A stretch of DNA of 64,000 bases from Spongospora subterranea f. sp. subterranea. Taxonomy: Eukaryota. This document shows, piece after piece, positions 35,647-49,089 of this stretch (positions are counted from its first letter, which is position 1; every line of letters begins with the position of its first letter). The notes beneath the pieces were generated by a model. The model was not told where the DNA came from, did no database searches, and saw nothing but the letters and a program-made list of their open reading frames with translations. Made by a program: the position numbers and the translations under genes. The DNA lies in the NCBI GenBank assembly GCA_049724395.1, contig JAUGWO010000009.1, forward strand, positions 62,001 to 126,000. The letters run 5' to 3'.

Positions 35647-36513
35647 ATGGAAAACGGCAATACAACGCCTGAGGAAACTCGCCATTACAGGAGCGTTACG
35701 GGAGCAACGGCGGTCGTTGTCGCGGTCGCCATTGCCGTTGCATGCCTTTCACCATCTGTTCCTTTGGCACACCCGGCAATTACCGCTGCTGTATCTGGCC
35801 AGCTTGATACTCTGGTGGAATTATCAGTCAATGCATCGTTAGCTGAAATTCGAGATTCTTTCGGGAACAGCCTCCTTCATGTATTTCTGGCAGATATCAT
35901 ATCGTTTGCCTTCAGAATAATTATTTGGATGTGCAGTGGGCCGCAAAAGCAGGCCATGTTCATATCTGTGAGTATTTATTGAATAGCCCTGGCCACGTTG
36001 AGATGATCAAACGCGTTAATGATGTTGGTACTTCCCCTCTACATTGGGCCGTATATTCTCACAACGCCTCTGATGTCATATCCATCTTGATTTCGGCCGG
36101 TATATCTCCTAACATACCGAATCATAATGGCGAATCAGTTAAGACCGCTTTCTTCTCCACAAAGTGACGTTGTTTGAATTGTTGCTGCTGGATGTAGGCG
36201 CTGCATTGGGCAGTGGATTGGGATCGGCCCAACGCTGCTTCAGCATTACTAAACCATGGCGCTAACCCCAACTTGCATGATCTGAACGGAGATACGCCTC
36301 TTCATCGTATCAAGTTCGGCTGTATGGATTCAGCAAGGTTTCACAAAAGGATATCTCTTCAACAGTTTTGTAATTTGTACCCTTGTTTACAGCTGTGCCA
36401 CTATATTGAAGCTGGCCCTGAAGCATGGAGGCGATCCTGCCGCTGTCAACAACTTCGGCCGCATTGCCCTGTCTCATATCGATTGGGCACAGGAACCTAC
36501 TTTACTGTCATAA
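35647..36513 (+). CDS. Ankyrin-repeat protein with an N-terminal hydrophobic segment
   Basis: GNSLLH|WAAKAGH, GTSPLHWAV, GES|ALHWAV, GANPN..GDTPLH; three introns; hydrophobic AVVVAVAIAVACL near the N-terminus. Confidence 0.88.
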
Positions 36514-36684
36514 AACAGTTATCGCAACATTATTTCCGATTACGAAGAGACAAATGTTGATATAATAACGTATAGCATTCAGTTTAGTACAACTTTAGAA
36601 CAAACGGTCAATGGCCGAATAGGATTATGAGACCACTGAAACCGTGATATGATATTATATATGCAGTGTGATAAATCTAACATT

Positions 36685-38446
36685 CTAGTCCGAAGTCGTG
36701 GCCATTGTGACGAACGCCGAGTGGGTCATGGATCCTTTCAACGCCAACTCGGCAGCTTCTCTACGTCGCCGAAACATCTCAGATTCGCAGGCTTGGACAT
36801 AATCTTGTTCAGAAGGACATTCCTGGAAAGGAGCGACGTCGAATGCTCCTGGCCCCCGTGTAGGAGTAACTTGAGCTGGAATCTGAGTTTGAAAGGTGGA
36901 GAAACGGCAAACATCGACCCTTTGCGGAAACGCAACATTGGGACCACAATGAGGGGACACGGGATGTTGGTCAAGATGCTCTAACTGATAAACAACCATA
37001 TTCTCTTGCTCTTCCAAGCTCTGCGATTCATTTCCTGGCCCTGGTTGAGGAGCATCAGTAACGGGTCCTTGGCTTGAGAACTGCCCTCTATCATCAACAG
37101 GCATATCGTCTTCGGTATTTTCCGAATCATCTTCCCTTTTCATCATCATCATCGGGGGACCGAAACGCTGAGCCTTCTGCTGTTGATCTCCGGAAACCTC
37201 CACCAGGCACTCTTCGATTATCTGGATACACTACTGATACAGAACTAACAGATGACGTTTGCTCTGATAAACGCTCGCGACCTTCAGCATGTCGGCTGTT
37301 TCGCTGAGCGATAAAGCTTCCCCCACGACCAATTGTGTTTGTTAAGCACCCAACTCCGAACCCATTAGACTCTTTGTTGAACACATTGCGAAATGAGACA
37401 GTTCTAACAGCAGCAACAATCGGATGAGTTGGTTCAAAGTGGTAGTCACCGTAGTGATCTGACGGCTGTGGGCGTTGAATGAAATCTCCATTTTTGCGAT
37501 GAGTCTTCATATGTTGAGATAGGTTGGAATTTGTACTGAATTTCCTCCAACATAATTGACATTCATATGGTTTCTCTCCTGTATGGGTCCTCGTGTGCCT
37601 TTGAAGCGTGCCACTCTCTGTTAGAAGTATAGAGTCAGTGTGAGCTGTCTACAGACATGAGACATGAAATTTGTATATGCTCTTACGTGTAAAGCGTTTG
37701 CCACATGTTGAACAGCCATAAGGTTTGGATCCACTATGGATACGAAGATGTCTTGACAGTGACCCGCTCCAAAAAAACCTTTTGCTACAAACATGGCATT
37801 GATAAGGAAGTTCATTGCCATGAGCATCTTGCTGATGGAGTCGCAAAGCCGCTGCAGTTTGCCACATTTGAAGACACATTTTGCAGACAAATACCCGATT
37901 TTGGTTGCTGGCAGGTTGTGAAGACAGTTGGCACCCAGGTTCGCCGGCTGGTTGTTGAGAATATGAAAACGCCTCGTCGTGAGAGCCGGACGAATCCCCA
38001 GGACAAGGTCCTTCCATAGTCGATTGAGGTGTCGTCTGCATGACATTATCTTGCACATCATTGACTCCCGGGCATGGTCCTTCCACAGTTGATTGGGATG
38101 GGGGCATCAAGCGGCGCCGCTCACTGACGGGACTGAATACGCCCCCTTCCGATCTTAACAGTTTCTCTTCTCCAATAAGTTTCCCTTGTGCAGACATCGT
38201 CGTCATTTCCCCGAGCTTGTGCATCGTGGTCACCTCTATTGAGCTATCCGACGCTGGGAGGTTGAAGCATTTGCGACCCGTCTCTGCATCACGGCTGACC
38301 ATTTCCGGTTGCGATGCCCCAAAGGCAGGCTCCTCTTTAGGCTGGGACGAAGTCACTGCCTCCTCCGGCTCGTAGCTAGGAGCCATGTCAGCGTCCTGGT
38401 AGGAGGATTTCGGAACAGCCATCGACTGCATTGCCGACACAATCAT
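36685..38446 (-). CDS. C2H2 zinc-finger transcription factor (about 4 fingers)
   Basis: [34 protein letters not shown], then after an intron [21 protein letters not shown]. Confidence 0.88.
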
Positions 38447-39573
38447 GGTCTGAATTTTTAGAAATCTTTTGAGCTGTTCTCGACAAGTCGGAAACAATCC
38501 TCTTACTGTCGTCCCACACTAGATAATGTTACAGGACGTACATGTGTTGACTGACGATATTGCGAGTCTGTGTGTGTGCCTCTGCGTATCTGTCTCGGTC
38601 CCGCGGTGAGTGAGTGAATTTAAGCCTTTCGAGCGAACGAGCCAAGGGTGCGTATACGATACCGAGTCAGGCTCAATAATGTATTAAGGGGCTACAGTGG
38701 CTGCCGTTAAGGCAACCTTGGCAGCTTGACATGCATGACTCCGCTAGCTACTGTACACTGCAGATGGTGCAACCCTGAATCAAAGCGAATGCGTTCGTTT
38801 CAAGTCCCCACCCTCAACTGGCGAGTGTAAATTGCGTGACTGGAGTTAAGTGGAGCATGCATGGCAGTTGCAGTAAGTGAAATACTGTGTCGATTTTGTC
38901 ATTGAGTCTCAATGGACGCGCCAATCTGCTGAGGTCGACACATTGTGTGCACTTGTGCTGTTGATCATATTAGTCGTTTATTTATTCAGTTTTCAAGGCC
39001 TGTCTTCCTCTAGGATTTTCAATGCTGGAGCACGAAAATATATCGAGGATGGCTAATTCATTATCGGAAATCTTATCAAATAGAAGTGACGCCTGTTCCT
39101 ATCTGCGAAACCCAATCCATCGCCATTGCAAATTGAGCGTTGAAAAAAATTTGAACTTGCGGCACGACTTAAAGGATCAAGGACAATGGAGAGTAATTTT
39201 GTAGCAATGGCTTTGAACAAAACGGAAGTGAATGTGATTTTACGAAAATCCTACCGCGGCTCAATGTGTTTCATTGACGTGCGATTACCAAAGAGATAAA
39301 ATTTGAGACGCTCCGATGAGAAACGATTCGATTCTATAGGAGACGTTACAATGATGTGTGACTTCGGGCGCGCTCTTCCTGACGCGCGTGGCATAAAAAA
39401 TTCCAAGCGAGGCGGCGTTCCGCTAGAAGAGTTTGCACTTCTCTGTGTACTGTTGTACAACTGTCCCGCCACTGACTGGAATTATCAGTCTGGCTGGGCC
39501 GCTCTTTACCCATTCCATTACGTTTGGCAATTTTCTTTTTCGAATCCCCACAAGTTCGGTTTATCATCTGTCT

Positions 39574-40429
39574 ATGCCCAGCGACTGCTCATTTCACAAA
39601 CTGCAACAGGGAATCGCGGCCATGGCAGTGCGGCGCTCATTGCCAAAAGGAATACCGTTAACCGCGGGCCAGAAGATTTTCTTAACGGCGGGATCGGCGC
39701 TATTCGGTGTTCTGGACACGTATCGCGGTGACCTCATTGCAACCCTGTCCGAAACCACGACGCCATCGCTTTTATTACGATCTTTGCATGCACGTATGAA
39801 CATGTCGATTTCAGGAAGGCGTTTAATGCAGGTAATACTGTCTGTCAAACTACAATACTAATCCCTGTTGTAAAATTTTCAATCCTGATCAACAGGAGCG
39901 CCCTACTATTGATCCGACTACTTTGAATCTTGAAGAACTGAGCGGTTTACCTAGCAATACCTTCGGCTATGCCTATTACAAATTCATGTCCTCGCATGGA
40001 TATTCGTCTGAAGATCGGACCCCTGTAAGGTTCATTACCGATCCCGATCATGCATTCCTTATTCAAAGATATCGCCAAACCCATGACTTTCTCCACTGTT
40101 TAAGCGATTTACCGCCCAACCTTCTCGGAGAGATTAGCCTCAAGGTTGGAATCCTGAGACTTAAAATTGGCCATTGCCGTTTATCTCTGATCTGATAGTG
40201 GTTCGAGCTCCTTCAACTGGGGTTGCCAATGTGTGCTATCACCGGTATTGGCGGCTCTTTACGGTTGTCCTTCTCCCAGAAACGGGACTTGGTCACGAAA
40301 TTTATCCCTTGGGCGGTCAGATGCCATCGATCGTCTGAATTCCTGTTGTCGGTTTATTTCGAAGAGCACCTTGAAAAAGATCTGGATTGTTTCCGTCTGG
40401 AACTTGGATTCATAAAAGCCCCGAGTTAG
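39574..40429 (+). CDS. COQ4: Ubiquinone biosynthesis protein COQ4 (alternative start 39622)
   Basis: RGDLIATLSETT, LPSNTFGYAY, RYRQTHDFLH..GEISLK|WFE..Q.GLPMC (HDxxH-x11-E motif). Confidence 0.95.
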
Positions 40430-41317
40430 TGACGCTCAACATTGTTTCCACACGTTTAGTAGAGAGGTGATAACGCAGGAACATGAGTGCACATTGTTAG
40501 TGTGGGAACAAATCAAGACATGGGATTTTGTACATCTTCAACTTCTGTTCGTTTTTTCCGGGTTGAACGAAGACCCATTTATCGTTCATTGTAGTTTTCT
40601 ATATGATGAAAAATTCGTCACGTCATTATTACTGAGGTGCTGTAACGTTCCCGGTTCTACGCCTAATCCAAAAATCTCACAATGAGCCGCTGGAGTCTAA
40701 GGGACAAGGCCAACGAATGCATTTTTTTGTCACTATTGAAGTGGATTATCTCATATCTTTACCCTTCCTCCAACCCACTCGGAAAGAATTGGCCCATTTG
40801 CTTTTATGGTCGGAATAGGTGATGTTGAAGCGAAGACTGCAGTGGGTCCCGCCCAGGCAACTCTTCTTATTGCTATGAAGAACCATATTCGGATCTGCCA
40901 GCGTTCGATTACCTGAGACCCCCTTACCGGCTGCATACAAAATCGGTCATTCTCATCGCAATCCAACACGAACAACAATATGTTGGTGTGAACCCAGGTC
41001 TTTTTGTAGGTAATCATAAACGGGGTTACCTCGAACTCTAACGGCTTTGACGCTGTTTCCTGATCTTGTGATAGTCGACAATGATAGTTAATGAATTTCA
41101 GAACCTACTCAGATGAACTTGACTCGAATACGTCAGCGGCCTCCTTGATTATGACCTGGCAGGAAACTGTACAACGTTGGCTACAGCTTGACAGGCTCAT
41201 GGGAATTTCAGGAAGTTGCCTCATCGCGTAAGGAAAATCGGGTGTGTTTGAGCCGAGGGTACATCGAGGATCGATCTGCTGCCAGTTGGCCAGGGGCCGG
41301 TATCACTGGTCGAGAAC

Positions 41318-42673
41318 ATGTCGCTGCCTGATTCGCCGCCCTCCCCTGTTCCGGGCCATGGGCCAGAACAACCAGGTTCCATCACGATTGTAGTTCGCTC
41401 CGTCACCGGGCAGAATCTGCAACTCGAAAACATCGGCCCCAGTTTCACCATCTCTCAGATAAAGGTTTGGCAATCTGTTCACAGTCCGGGCGGAAAATCG
41501 ATAGTCGATGAGATAGGGGTTGATTGAAGAGCGACATTCCGTCCCCAGCCATCTTCAGCGGTTGATCTTTTCAGGAGCTGAGCTATCCGATACCGATACC
41601 GTTCTTTCGGCTGGAATACGCCATGAAACCGTATTGCATATCGCCGTCAGAAAGGTAATGGGTGAACCCTTGCTACGTCCGCCTGGATGTCAACTCTCGT
41701 AGGCTCAATCTGTAGACCCACCGCCTCCGTATTCATCAATTAATACGGTATGGATCCACCGCCATCTTATGCCATACCTTGACGGTTTATGGCTTCAGGA
41801 TGCTGCAGCCAATCACTATCCTGATGGCGTCGTCATTGATATATCAGGTGTCGACCTATCTGGACTATACCTTCATCCTCCTAACAGTATCCCTCCGACC
41901 CTCGTCGGTCTCCGTTGGCTATGTTGCGGGAAAGCCAGATCTCTGACCTCGTTAATCTGTAGATGATCATGGAAAATGACCATGCAGCCGGCAATGTAGA
42001 CGCTGCCATATCCCTTGGCCGATATCGTCGCATACGCCAACTAAGGCCGATAGTAATGAAGCTCGTAATTCTGAAACTATTAATCCAGTAGCTATCTCCC
42101 CTGACATCCACATTTCAGACGTTATTGATCTCTGGATTATCCATGATGTTATCATTATTATCCCTGGTTAGTCGCGTCTCCCGATTGTTCACCCCACTTT
42201 GAGCAAGAAAAACGGCTCCGTTTTAATTGGTTTATTAGTGGTCGTAATGCGATCTTGTATGTTCGTCTTTCTTCACTGATGGTCATTCTGGTTGAGGTTG
42301 TTGATTGTGCTGAACGTGATATTAGTGGTGGTTGATGTTCGCTATCTCGTCTGTATTGGCATATCGCGGTGCAAGCACACTACACTCTGACTCCCTCAAC
42401 CTGGTACATGTTGCTGCCATCAAAGCAGTTTCACCGACGAATTTCATTGGTTTATAGGCGATCGTGGTGGAAGGACTATCAGGCGCCGTGATCATCACGG
42501 CTTTGTATTCAGTTTCGTCATCTGAGAGCGCCCGGGATCAGAGCTTATTTCCCCTTCTCATTGCCGTGCTCATCCTCAAGCTGTACCTGATGTTCCAGGC
42601 AATCAGGCTGTCGGCGGCGATCAGATCACTATCCAGAAGACAACTAGATCAAATTATTCGGCCCGCTCGATAG
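41318..42673 (+). CDS. Ubiquitin-like-domain membrane protein, multi-exon
   Basis: ITIVVRSVTG..TISQIK..QRLIFSGAEL.D..V..AGI..VLHI (UBL domain), with hydrophobic C-terminal exons. Confidence 0.7.
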
Positions 42674-42847
42674 ACAATGAATCAACATTAAAGAATAGAA
42701 TATAATGACGACATCGCTTCGAAGACCATATCTGCTGCGTTTTTCGAACGGATTGACAACTTGGATTAAGCAAATGGTGATATGATTATATATTCATAGA
42801 ACTCGATGTTATGGTATCACCTTGAGGCTAGGGAAGCTGTTGGATGC

Positions 42848-45668
42848 TCATGATTGAGGAAGACATAGGAAGCCGATAGCGTCCTGGATGCGTTCATAAA
42901 GTATCTGAATCTGTTCGCTTTGCAAAGAGGTATTGTTAGTAGTGAAGGCATATCTAATCCCCGGTAGAACGGATGCACCGTATCCTGTGTATAAACCTGG
43001 AGCATAAACTGCATGGCGGTAGTACATCTCATCACGATCAGGCAATGGGCGGTCCAGAAGGAAACGGCGCTCTAGGAAGGCTAGACGATCGTTGACCTGT
43101 GCCAATTCCTTTTCGCTTGGAACCGCAAGGTTGTCGAGACTAGCAGCCACATCATCAACTACGCCTGCTGCCTGCTCAAACTTGGACGCTATCGATCGTA
43201 AACGCGGCATGTCAGCGTGAACAGTTGAAACCTCAGACGCCAGTTTGTCAATATATACAGATAAGGCTTCTGCGTATTCTCGAAGACGAAGAGGTAGAAC
43301 ATCTACAAAACATTGAACCATTGACATCAGAAATTTTCACCAAAACTGTAATACAAAATACTGTTCGAAACTACTGGCGTGTTCATTGTACCTTACCTCG
43401 ACTAGCGAGTTCAACCGCCATTATGGAGAATACCTTCGACAACGCGAGAGTGCTTTTATATCCGGGATCTCCAAATCTTTCGAACCAATCTAGACAATCA
43501 TACGTGGAATGATATACACCATAACTGCCACGTTGGCTTTGAAATCCTGATAAAGCGGGATTATGTCAATCTTCTGAAAAACGGTGAAAATAAACTGAGA
43601 TAACTGCAGTCGTGGAGCGTATAAGGTTGAAAACTATTGCAACGATATTATCGAAAAAGACAACTCAACTCAAATGAAAAAAGTACATACGAATGTCTGA
43701 CGCAGTGACACCTAGATACTGAAGAAACCCGCTATAATCAGACCCTGAACCTATGGGATCAATCCGAGCGCCATTTGCTTTGAACCATTCATCATAAACA
43801 CTACAGTAAAATTACGGTGATGATACACATTGGATTTATCGCTTCTGGAACCTCATTTCAGATCGCGGTGCTTTGACTGCTTTTGTTGCCCTTCGAATCA
43901 ATTCGCCCATGGATGGACACGATTCCGTCGTGAATACCGACTGTAGGTTTGAGACGGCTATGTCGCTAAAATAGTGACGGTAACCAAAAGGAACTACAAG
44001 CAAAACATCTACACAAACATATTGACGTATGCTACGGCTTCCTTCTGAAGTTCCTGCTCAAACTGCTCCACGAACTCTGTTGAGCCCACCAGTCCAAATT
44101 CTTCAGCATCCCATGAACACAACTGAAGAGTACGACGAGGTCGCCATCTAATCCGTTGAATCATTAGTATGGCTGGACTCAAAGGTTGGTTATCTAACCC
44201 GCGTTTATAGATGTGAGCGAGCGATCTTGCTGTCTCCATGAATGTCGTCGTACCTGAGTGAGGATCAACTGCACCGTAAACCCATGAGTCTCGATGGTTG
44301 CCAAGCAGTATGCGACGATCTTGCTCGACAGATCCTGTGTTTCTGAAAATTAAGCGTCGCGAATTTGGTGAGTTTTAACAAGTTACCTGGAATTGTGCCA
44401 ACGACGTTATGGATTCGCATTATTTCCCGAGTGATATTGACGGATAGATGGACGAATGTGGTAGATGGACCTAATTTATAAGTTACCGGTAATCCACCCT
44501 GCCAATCTTTTGGGGCAATATCTCCATCCATTCGCCGCAGAAGTTCAAGAGCGTTGGAATACCCCATTGCCTGAATTGATCGATTTTAGTAAAGGAAGCC
44601 GACAAGCAGAACGCTAACTATACAAGAACTGGAATCTTGGGAAGAACTGGAGAATTATCGGCAGTGAATTTGCGACGCTGAGGATCAAGATCGGGTATGG
44701 CGGCGGTGCCTGGAGTTAACGGATCCCCAGAGAACAGTGATACGAACATCGTGCTTCCCCCTTGAATCGATAACGGTGGGCGCCATTCTCCATCAGGATA
44801 TACAGTTCCACGCTGATACCCATCATTAGCCGGATCAGAGTATATAATCAGGCCCGATAGGCCATATGTCTCAGCCAGCATTGCTTTAAATAGAAAATGA
44901 TATAAGTGTGAGTCGGACTATATCGACGACGAAATCCACCTTTTAAACCTCTGAAAATTCTTCCGTATCGTGCCAGCCCTATGGCGCCTTTCAAATTGAA
45001 ACCAGATGCGATCAAATGGTCGAAATCCTGTTTGCGACCGTAGTTGACGTAAATGAGTGGTCCGGCGACAGAGCCTGATCCCGAGTAAGCAAGATATGGC
45101 CCAGTTATGTCGGATTCTTGATCTTTAGTTGTAAGAGGGGGTTCAGTTAAATTCAGCGACATGATCGACTGACCGCCGGCCAATACATCTACTGAGGATG
45201 ATATGGGCCTTGATAGAAGAACGTCTAAGTAAGAAAGATTACGACAGCCAACAGTGATAAATAATGATGAAATGCACCATAAGGATATATATCGACTTGC
45301 GGAAATCCCCATTGTTTGAATTTATCACTGACGAACATGGCCTGTGATCTTTTGTGTCAGATTCTGTTCTGAAAATAAGCTTCGACTCATAAACGTACTA
45401 AGTCAAGGTCACCGGGTGATCCTGCTAATGACTGCTGCCTTGTCAAACGCTCAAGCATTTCTCCCGCCTTCTTCTCATTGGGAATATCGGTCACTAGATG
45501 AACCCAGGTACTATGCCTGTGCGAAAGTTCTTCTGAGAACTGGGCGAATAGGGCCCCTAGTAAAACAACGACGACGATGATTATCGCAGACAGCACAACA
45601 GGGATAGGGATGCGACGCCTATTGGGCCGACCATCCGCTAGCAGCGGAACGCGATCGTCGGAGACCAT
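42848..45668 (-). CDS. Glutamate carboxypeptidase II / PSMA-like M28B peptidase (type II membrane; PA and TfR-dimer domains)
   Basis: N-terminal TM, YVNYGR..DF, ARYG.IFRG.K, IIYSDP, GDPLTPG, LLGNHRDSW.YGAVDP.SG, SWDAEEFGLVGSTE, GSDY and NDRL..LER.F. Confidence 0.93.
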
Positions 45669-46266
45669 GACAAGGAACGGTTCTGTTGAAGAGCAATGCA
45701 ATTCTCGACGGCGCTCAGGTACACACGAGTTAGGGTGCAACATAAACGCACTAGCCCCGTTGGACTTTAAGTGAGATGTCGAGGAGGCCGCTTTCTTTGT
45801 TACGATGGTGCAGCTATGGTCACATCCTGCCAATTGAGGCTGCTTGCAAGACAGTTAAAGAAAACGGGGGTCTTGAGTGGGGTGCGACACAGCGGGAAGC
45901 ATGTAGCGCCGAACTCCTGATTGACCTGGAAGTTTTTACATTATCATGCGCTATTATTTTGAGCGTAAATTTTTGTTCACGACGAGCTGAACATCGTTGC
46001 CTCTGGCAGTCTCGTCGTGGATGCTTGATGTGCAAGGGGCTAGATGACAATCACCGCTGAGAGTGCAATAGCAAATATTTACCGGTTCGCCCACCTATCC
46101 GATTCTATCGCTTAATTTTCAATGTACATGTTTTCACGGTTAATTATGACTCAATGAACCTAGTTTCGGTGGACTGGCACGATGCGACACATAGCCTGAA
46201 ACGTTGGTTGATGGAAGAATAACATGGACTTGGAAATTTATGATTTGAAGTTGGATTAAGTTAAGG

Positions 46267-48568
46267 TTACTGCGAAAGTGTGATCGCCACTTGTGGAGAT
46301 GCCTGACTGCCAAGATATATATCCTCCAGAAATGTTGAGGAATTATGAATTGAACTACCACCTAAGATAAACTGTTGGTCTCGATAGCTATTATTGAACT
46401 CCGAGATCAGTGCAGCTTCTTCGTATGTAGCTCCACCAATCATAAATACAAATCTGCACAAAACTCAACACCAGCAAACAGACCCACAACAAGTATACAT
46501 TTGTTTAGCTGGTTGCTCCTGTTGTGGCCCAACCCCACATATAGGAAATTCATTCGCCTTCAAACGCTGCTTACGAGCATTGTCTAGAATTTTCCTGAGC
46601 AGCGGATCATGCTGTGTGTAAATGTTCTGATGATAATTTCTGGTCAACAAACCCTCTATGATCAACGAAATTCGCAACTGACTTCAACTCCTTTTATCCC
46701 CGATGAAATATAGCTTGTCGCTTTTGCGAAGATGTCTTTGTTTTGAAACAAATCTTGCGTGCGTGATGCACTCCCCGCATACCGAAGAAGCAAGTTGACG
46801 AGCGATACACGTGACCGTGCCTGTGAAATGCTTAAACAACACAAATCCGCCAGTGAGTTTTGCAGACCAGTTCGCTTTCGGCGCATGTTCTTAACAAGGC
46901 CATACAAGATACAGTTTCGTTTGCTTCTTGCTCATATCTCAGCGCATAGAGACACACCACACGAAGTTTGTCCTCATCCCGTATCCGAGGATTCTGTGGG
47001 AGGCCAAATCATTCAATGCAAAATGTCTTTGAAAAGTAAGAAGACCAACCTTGATAACCTCTGTAACCTGTCTGATAGCCACACTATGCGAATGCTCGCA
47101 TGAGAGCGTTTGCTGCAGCGCTGATAACTCCATTAGATGATACGACTCAACACTATGTGAAAGCTCAGAAACTAAGCCCACGTGCTTTGAAACTATGCCG
47201 AAATCAGATTTATGCTGATTTATACGGTCATACTCAGCAACCTGTGCTGCTTTCTACAAGGAAATCCGAATAGTTTTCAACAAATCTTTGCATATCTTCG
47301 ATAGTATCAAGCTGCCTTTCCGATTTCGTTTTGACTTGATATCCCTGAACAAGCTCTTTAACGCTGACGCCAAGGTCGCCAAAATTAAGAAGTGCACTAG
47401 CTTTGAAAAAAGCATCGTCATGACCCAACACAACTTCCTAGAATGAAATCAGCGTCAACCAGTATATGGGAGAGGGTCGAAAACACCATACTTTTTTGGT
47501 GCCATCATTCTGTTTATACGACAAACGATTATTTTGAATTCCGATTACCTCGTGCAACATTGATCTGGAAGGTGATACACATAAGCTAGAATTCATTTTT
47601 CAGTAAAGTTTCAATGCAACCTATATGTCCATTGCATCAAAAGAGGAGTTACTGGATCCTCCCTTCTGTCTAAAATTAGAAGCACTGGGCGCGAGGCAGA
47701 ATCTGGACCAAACGAGAAAAGGTCCCTTTGCCCAGACATAACTTGATCGACTTTCTTCGCGACACGCTCACAGATGCCAGATGAAGCTGTAGTAGATGTT
47801 AGAAAATATGCGAATCTAAGATGAACGGTAATCAACCTTGATAGCGAACTATTGGTCTTGTCTTTAGGGACAAAGCCAAAGACAAAAGACCATCACAAAT
47901 TCTGGTAAATTTCTTTTGCTCGGCATCACCCCAATTGCCGCTGTACAAGCAATTTGTAAACGGCATGTTAAGCGAGAACAAATCAGCGGAAATGGCAAAA
48001 TAATCGGCGTAAAACTCATGAACCTATAGGAAATCGACGATCACGTTCAGTTGGTGTCGAAGTATATAGTTGTAATGATCACCTCTTTGACGAGTTCGTA
48101 TGCATCAGATTCGGCCAAATCCCGGAGCATTTCTCGTGGAACAATGTTCGAAAAAACTAGAACAATGCAACAATATTATCACATGACCTTCAAAACCCCT
48201 TTCGTCGGATTTTTACAAAGGTGAAATTCCTGGTATTGAGGATTTTTGAGCAACGCTTTGACAAATTGCAAGTTGGCTGGCGTGGGCCGTACAAACACGA
48301 CTGCTTTGAGATGAGACATATTTTCGCTGGTTTTCGAATCAATCCTTTCGACGAGAAATACGTGCTGCTCTAATATTGCAGAATGCGAACAAACCAAACC
48401 AACAATCCCACTCTGATTATCACATGTTAGATATAACAATAGAACACAGGAAAATATTCAACGGTGCTGTACAGTTTCCTCGTCAAGAATGAGAGCTTTC
48501 ATTCCTTTGACGGTAGGCAATGTCAACATCCTCCGAACATAGTCGCTGATCGCCTCAATTAAGCTCAT
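46267..48568 (-). CDS. VPS45: Vacuolar protein sorting 45 (Sec1/Munc18 family)
   Basis: GMKALILDEET, MSHLKAVVFVRPT, EFYADYFAI, LLILDRREDPVTPLLMQWTY, NFGDLG, IEDMQRFVENY, KHV.LVSELS, YTQH.P and FMIGGATYEEA. Confidence 0.95.
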
Positions 48569-49089
48569 TATTTGTCGAGGCGACGGGAATCAGTTAAGGC
48601 GCTCTAAATCCGTAGGGGGGAGTACCCACCGCACTCCAGTCATATATACACTTCACACAGCCCTGGGATACCAACAAAGGCGACAGCAAATGTGGCCATG
48701 AAATGAGCCCAAAAGGATGAAATCCGTGCCGTTACCATTAGATAAGGAAAATTTGCCAAAAAGGAGTTCGGAAAATTATTGCATGCGATGATATTGTGAT
48801 CGAGAAGAATAAAATTGGAAAACGGTTCGAATTTCGCTGCCACTTTTTGGCCAAGGGTGCGCGACTCGTTTTGGACAGTGTACTTACCATGTACACTGTA
48901 CAGTACCCAGTACACGCACAGGGTTGGCCGCGCACGCGCTTTATTTCTTGTTTCCAAAAATCCAATTTTCGTCATTTGTTGGTTAATCATTATTTCTATA
49001 TATCGGCTTCGCCGACACCGGCTGTCAGCAAATCTCTGCAATATTAGCGAATATCTGCAGCGTCGCCAACGTCAGTATTGATTTTAACA

